Source: a virus. From it: a stretch of 64,000 nt of DNA. A program made the translations under genes and the position numbers. Location of the stretch: the IMG/VR virus record IMGVR_UViG_3300032213_001637, positions 32,001 through 96,000 of that record. One strand, given 5' to 3'. The notes below the pieces were generated by a model that was not told the DNA's origin, did not search any database, and saw only the letters and a program-made list of their open reading frames with translations. Positions 9,812 through 19,824 of this stretch are shown piece after piece (positions within the stretch are counted from its first letter, which is position 1; each line of letters begins with the position of its first letter).

Positions 9812-10729
9812 ATGTCTGAAATTACAGAAGAAAAAAACAAAAAGACTGTTAGCTTTTCACAATATTCGGGATGGTTTAAGTGTCCACACAGTTGGTATCT
9901 TAACTATTTGAAAGGTTTGCGTAAATATGAAGCGAGTTTAAACACGTGTTTTGGTACGGCTATTCACAACACCATTCAAGATTATATTAAGTTGCTATAT
10001 ACTGAAGGCGTTGAACAAGCAGATGAAATTGATTTGATCAAAAAGTTCCGTGAGGAATTTACAAGAATTCTTTCAGAAGAAAAGGATACTATTAAGGATC
10101 CATATACTGATGATGATGTTACTGGGTTCATGTTTGACGGTGAAGATATTTTGAAAACGTTTAGTAGTTCTGCTAATCGTATCAAGTATTTTCCAAGTCG
10201 TAAGTATGAGTTTATCGGTGTTGAAGTTCCGTTGGATGTTCCAATCAAGAATAACGTCCGATTCATTGCATATGTTGACTTGATTCTACGTGATAAAACT
10301 ACCGGTAAATACAAAATCTGGGATTTTAAAACCAGTACCATGGGATGGAACAAGTATCAGATTGCAGATGAAAGTAAGTATTCTCAATTGTTGTTGTACA
10401 AGGCTTTTTATTCCAAACAGTTTAACGTACATTTGGATGATATTGACGTTGAATTCTTTATCCTAAAACGTAAACTTTATGAGAATGCTGCGTTTCCTCA
10501 AAATCGAATTCAAATATTTGAACCATCTAACGCTAAAAACTATGTTTCAAAGTCTTTGGTGACATTTACATCTTTCATTGACGAGTGTTTTACGGCTGAA
10601 GGAACTTATAAAGAAGATGGTTATTATCCAAAGGTTCCGGGTAAGGCTAAAAAGAACTGTAAATACTGTACACATTATAAGACAAATTGTGACGGTAAAG
10701 AAACCAAAGACGATAAACAAGACAATTAA
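9812..10729 (+). CDS. PD-(D/E)XK exonuclease, Cas4/AddB-like with Fe-S cysteines
   Basis: SFSQ..KCP, FGTAIH, E..YVDL..IWDFKT, QLLLY, C-terminal CKYC..C. Confidence 0.85.
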   Translation: MSEITEEKNKKTVSFSQYSGWFKCPHSWYLNYLKGLRKYEASLNTCFGTAIHNTIQDYIKLLYTEGVEQADEIDLIKKFREEFTRILSEEKDTIKDPYTDDDVTGFMFDGEDILKTFSSSANRIKYFPSRKYEFIGVEVPLDVPIKNNVRFIAYVDLILRDKTTGKYKIWDFKTSTMGWNKYQIADESKYSQLLLYKAFYSKQFNVHLDDIDVEFFILKRKLYENAAFPQNRIQIFEPSNAKNYVSKSLVTFTSFIDECFTAEGTYKEDGYYPKVPGKAKKNCKYCTHYKTNCDGKETKDDKQDN

Positions 10730-10772
10730 AAATAACAATTTTTAATTCGTATATATACGTATATACAAAGTT

Positions 10773-11003
10773 ATGTCAAAAGTCTTAACTAGCGTCAAAG
10801 TGGAACCAGATGTATATAATCAGTTCAAGCAAAATACAACACACACAAAGTTTCATTTACAAGACCTAGTTAATAGGTCAATGCATTTATTTTTAAATGA
10901 TTCATCGTTTAGAGACACGGTATTAAACTATAATATTCCAGTGTTATCCACAGAGAGTCAACAAACAAAATTACCAAGTTTAGAAAAATCAGAAACAGTA
11001 TAA
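10773..11003 (+). CDS. small putative DNA-binding protein (ribbon-helix-helix-like)
   Basis: LTSVKV strand followed by two helices (YNQFK, LQDLVNRSMHLF). Confidence 0.5.
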   Translation: MSKVLTSVKVEPDVYNQFKQNTTHTKFHLQDLVNRSMHLFLNDSSFRDTVLNYNIPVLSTESQQTKLPSLEKSETV

Positions 11004-11009
11004 TAAGTT

Positions 11010-11561
11010 ATGAAAAAAAAGAAAATTCTCTTATTGAGTGATGATTTACGTATGCATAGTGGCATATCCACAATGAGTCGTGAATTAGTTATTGGTACCG
11101 TTCATCAGTATGATTGGGTTCAGATCGCAGGTGCGATTAACCACCCTGATCAAGGAAAGATTATCAACCTGAGCGACGAAATCAAAAAGAATACCAACAT
11201 CAACGATGCGTATGTCGTACTGTATCCTACTGCAGGATATGGTAACGAAGATATCTTGTACACGGTTATTGCACGAGAAAATCCCGATGCAATCATGCAT
11301 TTCACAGATCCTCGTTATTGGACTTGGTTGTACGCTATTGAACGTGAACTTCGTAAGAAGATTCCTATCACATATCTTAATATTTGGGATGATCTACCAT
11401 ATCCAATGTGGAATCGTCCATTTTATGAAAGCTGTGATGCGTTATTTAGCATCAGTAAACAAACATACAATATCAATAAGTGGGTACTTGGACCTGAAAA
11501 CTGTACCACTTTAGACGGTGATTTTGACAAAGAAGGTAACATTATCAAGGAGAACGTTTAA
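11010..11561 (+). CDS. GT4-like glycosyltransferase, N-terminal domain
   Basis: KKILLLSDD..SGISTM, PDAIMHFTDPR; in frame with the next ORF. Confidence 0.8.
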   Translation: MKKKKILLLSDDLRMHSGISTMSRELVIGTVHQYDWVQIAGAINHPDQGKIINLSDEIKKNTNINDAYVVLYPTAGYGNEDILYTVIARENPDAIMHFTDPRYWTWLYAIERELRKKIPITYLNIWDDLPYPMWNRPFYESCDALFSISKQTYNINKWVLGPENCTTLDGDFDKEGNIIKENV

Positions 11562-11564
11562 TAT

Positions 11565-12536
11565 ATGTCAATCAAAAGAAAAACACTTTTACATTATGTA
11601 CCCCACGGAATTAATAGTGAGGTATTTAAACCAGTTGATGCGTCTGATAAAAATCTAATCGAAGGAAAGAAGAGATTCTTTAACGGTAACGAATATGACT
11701 ATACGATCTTTTTCAATAGTCGTAACGTCAAACGTAAACAGGTTTCAAATGTAATTCTTGCATACCGAATTTTCTGTGACAGTCTTCCCAAAGAAGACGC
11801 AAAAAAGGTATGTTTGATTTTACATACTGAGGTGATTGGTCAAAACGGTCACGGTACAGATCTTCCCTCAGTGAAAGAAGCAATTTGTCGTGATTATGTT
11901 GTATACTTTTCTCAACGTAAAATTACACCGGGAGAAATGAACTTGATGTATAATTTGTCAGATGTCACAATTAACGCGTCAAGTAACGAGGGATTTGGAT
12001 TGAGTATTAACGAGTCAATTATGTCCGGCACTCCAGTTATTGTGAGTGTTACTGGTGGTTTACAAGATCAAATTGGTCAAGTGGATGACAATGGAAATCA
12101 AATTGAATTCACCAAGGAATTTGGTTCCAACAATATTGGAAAGTATAAGAACCACGGTGTATGGGCAAAACCAGTCTGGCCACGGGTGCATGATATGCAC
12201 GGCAGTAATCAAACTCCATACATTTTTGATGACATGGTTGATTCACGTGATTTGGCAGAAGCAATGATGTATTGGTACCTACTTCCAAACGAAGAACGTG
12301 TTCGTCGTGGTGAAGAAGGTCGTAGATGGGCACTCAATGAAGGTGGATTGAACGCCGTCAACATGTGTAACCAGTTTATCAAAGCAATGGATTATACGAT
12401 AAACAACTTTCAACCCAGTGAAACTTTTAGTGTCCACACCACCAAAGAATTCATTGGACAATCACAACCCGATAATTGTATGGGCATTGACTTTGGTAAA
12501 GTTGATGTTGAAAAAATCAGAAAGGAAATTGTATGA
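11565..12536 (+). CDS. GT4-like glycosyltransferase, C-terminal domain
   Basis: YVPHGIN, RNVKRK, EGFGLSINES (EX7E), TGGLQDQ. Confidence 0.85.
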   Translation: MSIKRKTLLHYVPHGINSEVFKPVDASDKNLIEGKKRFFNGNEYDYTIFFNSRNVKRKQVSNVILAYRIFCDSLPKEDAKKVCLILHTEVIGQNGHGTDLPSVKEAICRDYVVYFSQRKITPGEMNLMYNLSDVTINASSNEGFGLSINESIMSGTPVIVSVTGGLQDQIGQVDDNGNQIEFTKEFGSNNIGKYKNHGVWAKPVWPRVHDMHGSNQTPYIFDDMVDSRDLAEAMMYWYLLPNEERVRRGEEGRRWALNEGGLNAVNMCNQFIKAMDYTINNFQPSETFSVHTTKEFIGQSQPDNCMGIDFGKVDVEKIRKEIV

Positions 12537-13222
12537 AGATTCAGATACTAAAAAATGAAACATATCAATCCGTAGATAATCTTCCCAAGAAGGGTACAGA
12601 TAGAGCTACAGGTTATGATGTAATTGCAACTAGTGGTCCAGAAATTATTGGAGAGACCAATGATCGTGGTGGATATAAACGTGTTGATTATATTCAATAT
12701 CGAACCAATCTAAAACTAGCCGTTCAAAAAGACCGTGTATTTAGTAACTTTGGTTATAATGATTTTGATCATGATATTCTAGCGTTTCCACGTAGTAGTA
12801 TCAGTAAATATAATCTAGTATTGGCTAATTGTATTGGACTGATTGATGCTGATTATCGTGGCGAAGTTTTACTTCGTTTCAAGTATATCTTTCAGCCAGA
12901 AGATTATAATATCATAGACAATCAAATTATAGGTGGTGTTAACCAAACTAAGATCTATAGTATTGGAGACAAAATCTGTCAACTTAAAGTGACTAAGGTA
13001 GAAAACGTAGAGTTCACACTTGTTGATGAATTGGACGTGACTGACCGTGGTGATGGTGGTTTTGGAAGTACTGATATTCCTAAACCAACAACAACCACAT
13101 CCGCATCTACTGGAAAAAGTATTGAAGATTTAATCAAACAAAAGGAAGGATATTTTCAAGCTAACGCTCAAAAGTATTCAGATATGATCAAGGAAAGAGA
13201 CAATAAAGTTTTTGGAAATTAA
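12533..13222 (+). CDS. dut: trimeric dUTPase
   Basis: ATGYD, PRSS, GLIDADYRGE, ICQL, RGDGGFGST. Confidence 0.93.
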   Translation: MKIQILKNETYQSVDNLPKKGTDRATGYDVIATSGPEIIGETNDRGGYKRVDYIQYRTNLKLAVQKDRVFSNFGYNDFDHDILAFPRSSISKYNLVLANCIGLIDADYRGEVLLRFKYIFQPEDYNIIDNQIIGGVNQTKIYSIGDKICQLKVTKVENVEFTLVDELDVTDRGDGGFGSTDIPKPTTTTSASTGKSIEDLIKQKEGYFQANAQKYSDMIKERDNKVFGN

Positions 13223-13223
13223 T

Positions 13224-14540
13224 ATGAGTAAACCATTATGTGTTATACAAGGACCAATCTTTAGTCGAAGTGGCTATGGTGATTGGTCCAGAGAAGTCGC
13301 TAAAAGCATTCTACGTTACAATAAGTACGATCTACGTATTGCAACTACCAAGTGGGGTGCCAATCCAATTAAACGTTTTCAGGATGACTTGGATTGTAAT
13401 GATCCTCTCAATCTTGCATTGTTTGATAAAATGTTGAAGGAACCTTTAAATAGACAACCCGATTTGTTTATTCAAATCGCAATACCAAACGAGTTCAAAC
13501 CGATTGGCAAATACAACATCGGAATGACAGCTGGTATTGAAACAACAGCTGCTGCTGGAGAATGGATTGAAGGATTAAACAAGATGGACATGAACATTGT
13601 TACATCTCGTCATTCCAAAAAGGTATTTGATGAAGCAGACTATACCAAGGAGTATAAGGATGGAAGTGGACGTAAAGAGCAATTACGTAATAACAAACCT
13701 ATGGAAATATGTTTCTGGGGAGCCAATACCGAAATCTATAAGATTACCAATGAAAAAGTTGAGTCTGTAGAAAAGGTATTAAATCAAATTCCTGAAACCT
13801 TTGCGTTCTTGTTTGTTGGTCAATGGACTCACGAAAATCCATTCGCTGATCGAAAAGATATTGGTAACTTGATTAAGACGTTTCTTACTACGTTTAGAAA
13901 TCGTCCGCAAAAACCATGTTTGATTCTCAAGACAAGTGGAACTAACTACTCCAAAGTTGATAAGGATTCAATTTTGAAGAAGATTAAAGCGGCAGAATCA
14001 CAGGTTGACGGTGATAAACCCAACGTGTATTTAATCCATGGAGAACTCAATGATGTTGAAATGAACGCACTATTTAACCATGAAAAGGTTAAATGTCATG
14101 TCAGCTTTACACATGGTGAGGGTTTTGGTCACCCATTGTTGTTGGCATCACTCAGTGGAAAACCCGTTCTAGCTCCAGATTGGAGTGGACATTTGGATTT
14201 CTTGGAATCTAACAAAGAAGGTTTGTTGCAAGGAAAGGTCGATGTTATCGATTCCGCATCAGTTAACCAGTGGTTGATCAAGGAATCTGCATGGTTTACA
14301 GTATCATATAGTTTAGCAGAAGAACGATTGAAACAGTATTATTTCAGTATGAATCAAAGGACTAAAGATAACGCACTTGCATTGTCTGAACGTAATGCTG
14401 AACAATTTTCTACACATGCAATGGATAAGAAACTACATGAAATTTTAGAAAAATATGTTCCTCAATTTGCGGTAGAACAAAAGATAGTTATTCCTCAACT
14501 GAAAATGAATATACCATCTGTTCCTCAAATTAATGTATGA
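13224..14540 (+). CDS. GT4-like glycosyltransferase
   Basis: SRSGYG, RKDI, HGEGFGHPLL, WSGHLDF. Confidence 0.85.
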   Translation: MSKPLCVIQGPIFSRSGYGDWSREVAKSILRYNKYDLRIATTKWGANPIKRFQDDLDCNDPLNLALFDKMLKEPLNRQPDLFIQIAIPNEFKPIGKYNIGMTAGIETTAAAGEWIEGLNKMDMNIVTSRHSKKVFDEADYTKEYKDGSGRKEQLRNNKPMEICFWGANTEIYKITNEKVESVEKVLNQIPETFAFLFVGQWTHENPFADRKDIGNLIKTFLTTFRNRPQKPCLILKTSGTNYSKVDKDSILKKIKAAESQVDGDKPNVYLIHGELNDVEMNALFNHEKVKCHVSFTHGEGFGHPLLLASLSGKPVLAPDWSGHLDFLESNKEGLLQGKVDVIDSASVNQWLIKESAWFTVSYSLAEERLKQYYFSMNQRTKDNALALSERNAEQFSTHAMDKKLHEILEKYVPQFAVEQKIVIPQLKMNIPSVPQINV

Positions 14541-15187
14541 AACCGTTTATTTCGTATTTAGTTACTTGTCATAATGAGGGTGTGCAACTGCGTGCCCTTT
14601 TATCTCTTCTTTTAAAGTACTCAGAAGGAAATCAAATTGTAGTATTAGATGATTATTCTACAGATCCAATTACTTTAGAAGTATTACATGAATATCAATC
14701 AGTTGTTGGTGTTAAATTGGTTGCACACCATCTCAATAAAGATTATGGTACACATAAAACTTATGGCACACAACAGTGTGACGGTGAATATGTGTTTCAA
14801 ATTGACGCAGACGAATTGCCCAGCGAAATTTTGTTGGCTAACTTATACGAACTTCTCAGATCAAATCCAAAATGTGAAATGTTTTGGGTTCCACGTGTAA
14901 ATAATTTCATTGGTGTAACCCCAGAAGATATCAAAAATTATGGTTGGCAAGTAAATGAAAAAGGTCACGTCATGTGGCCAGATTATCAATCTCGTATATA
15001 CAAAAACCAACCGAATATTCGGTGGGAACGTAAACTACATGAAACCATCATAGGATTCAAAGAGTTTACACGTATTCCCGCAATGGAAGAATTGTCGTTA
15101 TATCACACCAAGACAATTGAAAAACAACGTAACGATAACAAGAGATACATGAATGAATTTTCACTAGAAGATAATGTTAGAAAGTAA
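14537..15187 (+). CDS. GT2 glycosyltransferase
   Basis: ISYLVTCHNE, DDYSTD, IDADE, WPDYQ.R, LHE. Confidence 0.9.
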   Translation: MKPFISYLVTCHNEGVQLRALLSLLLKYSEGNQIVVLDDYSTDPITLEVLHEYQSVVGVKLVAHHLNKDYGTHKTYGTQQCDGEYVFQIDADELPSEILLANLYELLRSNPKCEMFWVPRVNNFIGVTPEDIKNYGWQVNEKGHVMWPDYQSRIYKNQPNIRWERKLHETIIGFKEFTRIPAMEELSLYHTKTIEKQRNDNKRYMNEFSLEDNVRK

Positions 15188-15189
15188 TC

Positions 15190-15906
15190 ATGGAAAAGAC
15201 ACCCGTATATTGTTTATATTCATCACAGATGGACGAAATATTTCACAGACATTTCCATCCGTCTTTTATAAAGTTTAATAAATATAATTATGATCTTCGT
15301 ATCTTTGAAACCAATGTTAATGGAAACGGAGATTATAATACAGATGAATACATTGAATGTTTACACAATAAAACAAGGTTGATGTTACATACTACAAAAG
15401 AAAATCTTGGTAGAACAATAATATGGACCGACATTGATATTAAGTTTTTCTCTACTATTGATTTAACATCGTTTGATAAAACATTTACGGCGTTAAAAGA
15501 AGATGAAAATCCATCAGATACCTTTGTAAATCCAGCATTTTGTAAAATAGAATGTAACGATATAATGGTAGATTTTTTTGAAAAACTATTAATTAGTTGT
15601 AAAAATAATGATGTACATGATATGGATGTTATCAATTACTTTGCGGATACCATTCCTAGTATCGAAGTTGGTACATTTGATTTTCGATATCTTCAATACA
15701 CATCATTGTCATATAGAAATGATACAATCCAATGTAATATATGTTCAAATAACCATGGATGTTATAAATGTACACATCAATTATCAAATTTAGATACAAT
15801 TGACACGTCAAAAATAATACTTTATCATGCAAATTGTACAATTAACACCGATAGAAGTACCAGCATGGAACTAAAACTAGAACAACTAAACTATCTATCA
15901 AAATGA
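15190..15906 (+). CDS. nucleotide-diphospho-sugar transferase (GT77-like)
   Basis: IIWTDIDI DXD motif, D..VIN, YHANC. Confidence 0.65.
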   Translation: MEKTPVYCLYSSQMDEIFHRHFHPSFIKFNKYNYDLRIFETNVNGNGDYNTDEYIECLHNKTRLMLHTTKENLGRTIIWTDIDIKFFSTIDLTSFDKTFTALKEDENPSDTFVNPAFCKIECNDIMVDFFEKLLISCKNNDVHDMDVINYFADTIPSIEVGTFDFRYLQYTSLSYRNDTIQCNICSNNHGCYKCTHQLSNLDTIDTSKIILYHANCTINTDRSTSMELKLEQLNYLSK

Positions 15907-16715
15907 TTACAGTTACAATAGGATCAAATGGAAGGTTTGGCAATCAAATGTTTCAATACGCATCGTTGATGGGTATTGCAGACAAACAAAATTGTTTATA
16001 CGGCGTTGATTATTCAGGTGAAAATACAATACCGTGGAATGAATTTACAGATAATGAAATTATTAACAAACAAACGTTTGTGTTGCCAAAAGCATTTCAA
16101 CTATCTGCATTACAATGTAATGAAAAGTATCGAATGGTTCATGAAGGACAACACTTTCACTTTAACCAAGACCTTTTTAAAATTGGTGATAATGTACATC
16201 TTCATGGGTATTTTCAAACCGAAAAGTATTTTAAACACATAGAATCTAAAGTTAGGTCGGAATTTACATTTAGACCAGATATTGTCAATACAGTAAATGA
16301 CTATTTAAAAAATAAACAATCATATGAAACTGTTTCTATTCATGCTCGTAGAGGTGATTATGTACATTTGTCACATCATGGTACATGTGATTTAACATAC
16401 TATACCAATGCCTTAAGTCATTTTACGGACAAATCATATAATTTTATAGTTGTATCAGATGATATTGATTGGGCAAAATCAACATTTAGTGGATGTGATA
16501 ACTTTTTTGTGTCAGAATATCGTAACCAATTTGTTGATATGTGTATTATGACTCAATGTAATCACAATATTATTGCTAATAGTACATTTAGTTGGTGGGG
16601 AGCGTGGTTAAATGCAAATCCAAATAAAAAGGTTATTTCACCATCACGATGGTTTGGTCCAAATGTTCTCTTAGACACAAAAGATTTATATATTCCAGAT
16701 TGGATTATAATATGA
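15903..16715 (+). CDS. alpha-1,2-fucosyltransferase family GT11
   Basis: GRFGNQMFQYA, GYFQTEKYF, HARRGDY, SDDIDW, NSTFSWWGAWL. Confidence 0.93.
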   Translation: MITVTIGSNGRFGNQMFQYASLMGIADKQNCLYGVDYSGENTIPWNEFTDNEIINKQTFVLPKAFQLSALQCNEKYRMVHEGQHFHFNQDLFKIGDNVHLHGYFQTEKYFKHIESKVRSEFTFRPDIVNTVNDYLKNKQSYETVSIHARRGDYVHLSHHGTCDLTYYTNALSHFTDKSYNFIVVSDDIDWAKSTFSGCDNFFVSEYRNQFVDMCIMTQCNHNIIANSTFSWWGAWLNANPNKKVISPSRWFGPNVLLDTKDLYIPDWIII

Positions 16716-17542
16716 AAATTCCAACAGAAATTCAAACAATACAAAAAGCAAAAACAATCACGGATGGATTGATTCCATTACAAGAGTGTACGTTTATTAT
16801 ACCCGTTTGCATCGAAAGTGAAGATAGAAAGAAGAACTTTACTATTATATATGATTATCTACGTCGTAACTTTGAAACAAACATTATTGTATACGAATGT
16901 TCCAAAGAACCTATCGTTTCATCTTTGATTAAAGATGATGTAACTTATATACATCAAAACATCCCAGATGAGTCATTTCATAGAACACGGTATCTAAACC
17001 GAATGTTAGCGTTATCAAACACCACAGTTACGGTAAATTATGACGCAGATGTAATTCTACCCATCGAATCATACCTAATGGCATACAAAAAAATAACTCG
17101 TCAAAATCATGATTTGGTATATCCGTTTGCTATTGGAAAATTCCAAAAGAAAGTTGATGCATCTGGAAGAGAAAAGTTGTTAAATCAATCATCTGTTGTA
17201 GAACTTACACCTCAAGATTACTCAGAGTGTGTTGCAGAATATGGTCACTGTCAATTTTTCAAAACATCATCTTATAAAAATTATGGTTGGGAAAATGAAA
17301 ACTTTATATCGTATGGTCCAGAAGATAGAGAACGATATGACAGATTCAAGAAGTTTAATACCGTGGTTACGCACCTTGATAAAGGGTTTGTATATCACAT
17401 CGAACATAGTCGTGGATCAGACTCCAGCGAAAAAAATCCTTATTTCAAATCCAACAATGATTTATATAAAAAATTGAGTGATATGAATCAAGATCAATTA
17501 AATACCTATTATAACGGCGTTGAGTATTTGAAGAATTATTAA
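16712..17542 (+). CDS. GT2/GT7-like galactosyltransferase
   Basis: TFIIPV, NYDADV, GWENENFISYGPED, HIEH; start refined to ATG 16712. Confidence 0.8.
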   Translation: MKIPTEIQTIQKAKTITDGLIPLQECTFIIPVCIESEDRKKNFTIIYDYLRRNFETNIIVYECSKEPIVSSLIKDDVTYIHQNIPDESFHRTRYLNRMLALSNTTVTVNYDADVILPIESYLMAYKKITRQNHDLVYPFAIGKFQKKVDASGREKLLNQSSVVELTPQDYSECVAEYGHCQFFKTSSYKNYGWENENFISYGPEDRERYDRFKKFNTVVTHLDKGFVYHIEHSRGSDSSEKNPYFKSNNDLYKKLSDMNQDQLNTYYNGVEYLKNY

Positions 17543-17545
17543 GTT

Positions 17546-18256
17546 ATGAAGATTGCCATTATTACGTTAGCTACTAATAAATACAAATCGTTTTTACACC
17601 CGTTGTGGACATCGGTTAAAACACACTTTTTGCCAAGTGCACAAAAAGATTTTTACTTTTTTACGGATGAAAAGTTAGAATGGTTTGACGACTCAATTAA
17701 ATGGTGTCAAATTGACCATCAACCTTGGCCATACATTACATTAAAACGTTTTGAGTTTATATCATCGTATCTAAAAGAACTAACTCAATATGATTATGTA
17801 TTCTATGTCGATAGTGATATGGAATTTGTAGATACATTAAGTCGTTTTGATATTGGAGATAAAAAATATTACGCTGTTTGTCATCCATCTGTTGTAGCTA
17901 ATTTAAACTTCTGGCCTGTTGAAACCAATTCTAATTCAACCGCATATATTCCAGAACGTCACCGTTGTGTTTACGTTCAAGGATGTGTGTGGGGTGCAAA
18001 AGGAAGTCACATCGAATATATGGTCAGTTTGATGAAGAATAACATCAATATAGATCTTCAGAACGATATCATTGCGGTATGGCATGATGAATCTCACCTT
18101 AACAAATTCATAGTTGATCATCGAACCGAAGTAGCTATTTTGAGTCCTAGTATGGCATATCCAGAACATTGGAATTTGCCTGTAAATAAATTGATGATAC
18201 ATAAAGATAAGAATATGGTTGAGTATCCAAGATTCAAAGGAGCCTCACCAACATGA
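17546..18256 (+). CDS. GT6 family glycosyltransferase (ABO-type alpha-1,3-Gal/GalNAc transferase-like)
   Basis: IITLATNKY, YFFTD, WPYITLKRF, DSD, AVWHDESHLNK. Confidence 0.9.
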   Translation: MKIAIITLATNKYKSFLHPLWTSVKTHFLPSAQKDFYFFTDEKLEWFDDSIKWCQIDHQPWPYITLKRFEFISSYLKELTQYDYVFYVDSDMEFVDTLSRFDIGDKKYYAVCHPSVVANLNFWPVETNSNSTAYIPERHRCVYVQGCVWGAKGSHIEYMVSLMKNNINIDLQNDIIAVWHDESHLNKFIVDHRTEVAILSPSMAYPEHWNLPVNKLMIHKDKNMVEYPRFKGASPT

Positions 18257-19215
18257 AAATAGTTATTTGGGGTCATCCTCTATATTCACATACTCATTCG
18301 TATGTTCATTCTTCATACTACAAAGCATTATCTCATATGGGTCATGAAGTACATTGGTTTCATGACAAAGATTATCCCAAAGATTTTGACTATTCCGATT
18401 GTATTTTTATCACCGAAGGATTTGCGGATCAGAACATTCCTCTAAATAATACAAGTACATACTTTGTAATGTATTGTCCGTCACCAAAAAAGTATTTGGA
18501 AGCGGGTGTTAAACGTTATATTGACGTTAGATGTGTAGCAAAAGATCATAAAGATCACATACACGAATACTCAATAGATAAAACAATAACTCAAAAGGTT
18601 GGTCCATCATGTTATTATGTACCAAAAACCAACCAACAAGTACACATAAAAAACAATTATGTAGATTACATCATTGATGATTTTGATAAGTTTTACTTGA
18701 GTTGGGCAACCAATTTATTGCCTGAAGAATTTAACCTCGACGACGTTTATCTTCCCAGAGAAAACGCAATTTATTTCTGCGGAAGTCTTTCCAATTCAGG
18801 TGTATGTGAAAACATGAGCAATTGGCTTCCATTTATGCAAGAGTGTAAACGTAATAATATCACGTTTTATCACAACGATCCATGGAAAAATCCTTTGTCA
18901 GATGATAAAGTAAAAGAACTTGTTCAAAAATCATTATTGGGAATTGATATTCGTGGACCAGAACACGAAAGAACTGGCATCATTACATGTCGAATATTTA
19001 AAAACGTCAGTTATGGTCATTTGGGATTGACCAATTCCAAAGAAATATACAATGAAATGGAAGGAAATTGTTTATACAATCCAAATCCATCAGAGTTGTT
19101 TAATATTGGTATACGAAACCGAACAAACTATGATTTCATCAAAAAATCAATGTTGTATGTAAAAGAGAATCATACTTATGTGAACAGAATTAATAGTCTA
19201 TTTTCAATTTTATAA
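18253..19215 (+). CDS. putative GT-B glycosyltransferase (CgeB/YkvP-like)
   Basis: KIVIWGH, CRIFKNVSYG, HTYVNR C-terminus. Confidence 0.65.
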   Translation: MKIVIWGHPLYSHTHSYVHSSYYKALSHMGHEVHWFHDKDYPKDFDYSDCIFITEGFADQNIPLNNTSTYFVMYCPSPKKYLEAGVKRYIDVRCVAKDHKDHIHEYSIDKTITQKVGPSCYYVPKTNQQVHIKNNYVDYIIDDFDKFYLSWATNLLPEEFNLDDVYLPRENAIYFCGSLSNSGVCENMSNWLPFMQECKRNNITFYHNDPWKNPLSDDKVKELVQKSLLGIDIRGPEHERTGIITCRIFKNVSYGHLGLTNSKEIYNEMEGNCLYNPNPSELFNIGIRNRTNYDFIKKSMLYVKENHTYVNRINSLFSIL

Positions 19216-19218
19216 TTT

Positions 19219-19824
19219 ATGTTTAGATCACAAGCACATCAAGATCAATTTGCACACAAGATTCTAAATGGAAAACACAATGGTTATTTCGTAGACATTG
19301 GAAGTTGTGGTGCAGTAGATCATAACAATAGTTACTTTTTTGAATCCATCGGATGGAAAGGTATTTGCGTTGAAATCGAAAAAGGATACGCTCCTACATA
19401 TTCATCAAGGACATGTCAATTTATAAATCAAAACGCACTAACAGTTGATTATAAAAATCTATTCGAAAGTCTTTCTTATCCATCTGTGATTGACTACCTC
19501 TCACTTGATATAGACCAATTTAGTACTGACGCTCTTAAATTGTTACCACATGACTCTTATCAATTTAGCGTTATTACTATTGAACATGATGCATACATTT
19601 ATGGAGACACATTTCGTATACCACAACGTGAATATCTAAAAAATCTTGGATATCATCTATTAGGATCAAATGTACGTGTTCCAGATTTACATTTTAAATC
19701 ATTAAGTACATTAAATCATTTGAATAATAATGGGTTTGAAGATTGGTGGGTACATCCTTCTTTGAATAAAAATAATTACTATTTCGAAAGTTCATTTCCA
19801 GAAAATCTAATTGCACAATTGTGA
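19219..19824 (+). CDS. FkbM-family methyltransferase
   Basis: SQAHQD, YFVDIGS, GWKGICVE, IDYLSLDID, EDWWV. Confidence 0.85.
   Translation: MFRSQAHQDQFAHKILNGKHNGYFVDIGSCGAVDHNNSYFFESIGWKGICVEIEKGYAPTYSSRTCQFINQNALTVDYKNLFESLSYPSVIDYLSLDIDQFSTDALKLLPHDSYQFSVITIEHDAYIYGDTFRIPQREYLKNLGYHLLGSNVRVPDLHFKSLSTLNHLNNNGFEDWWVHPSLNKNNYYFESSFPENLIAQL

Noticed and set aside
9812-10729. Cas4-like nuclease as evidence of CRISPR-Cas
   Set aside because: No repeat-spacer array or other cas genes; solo Cas4-like nucleases are common in phages
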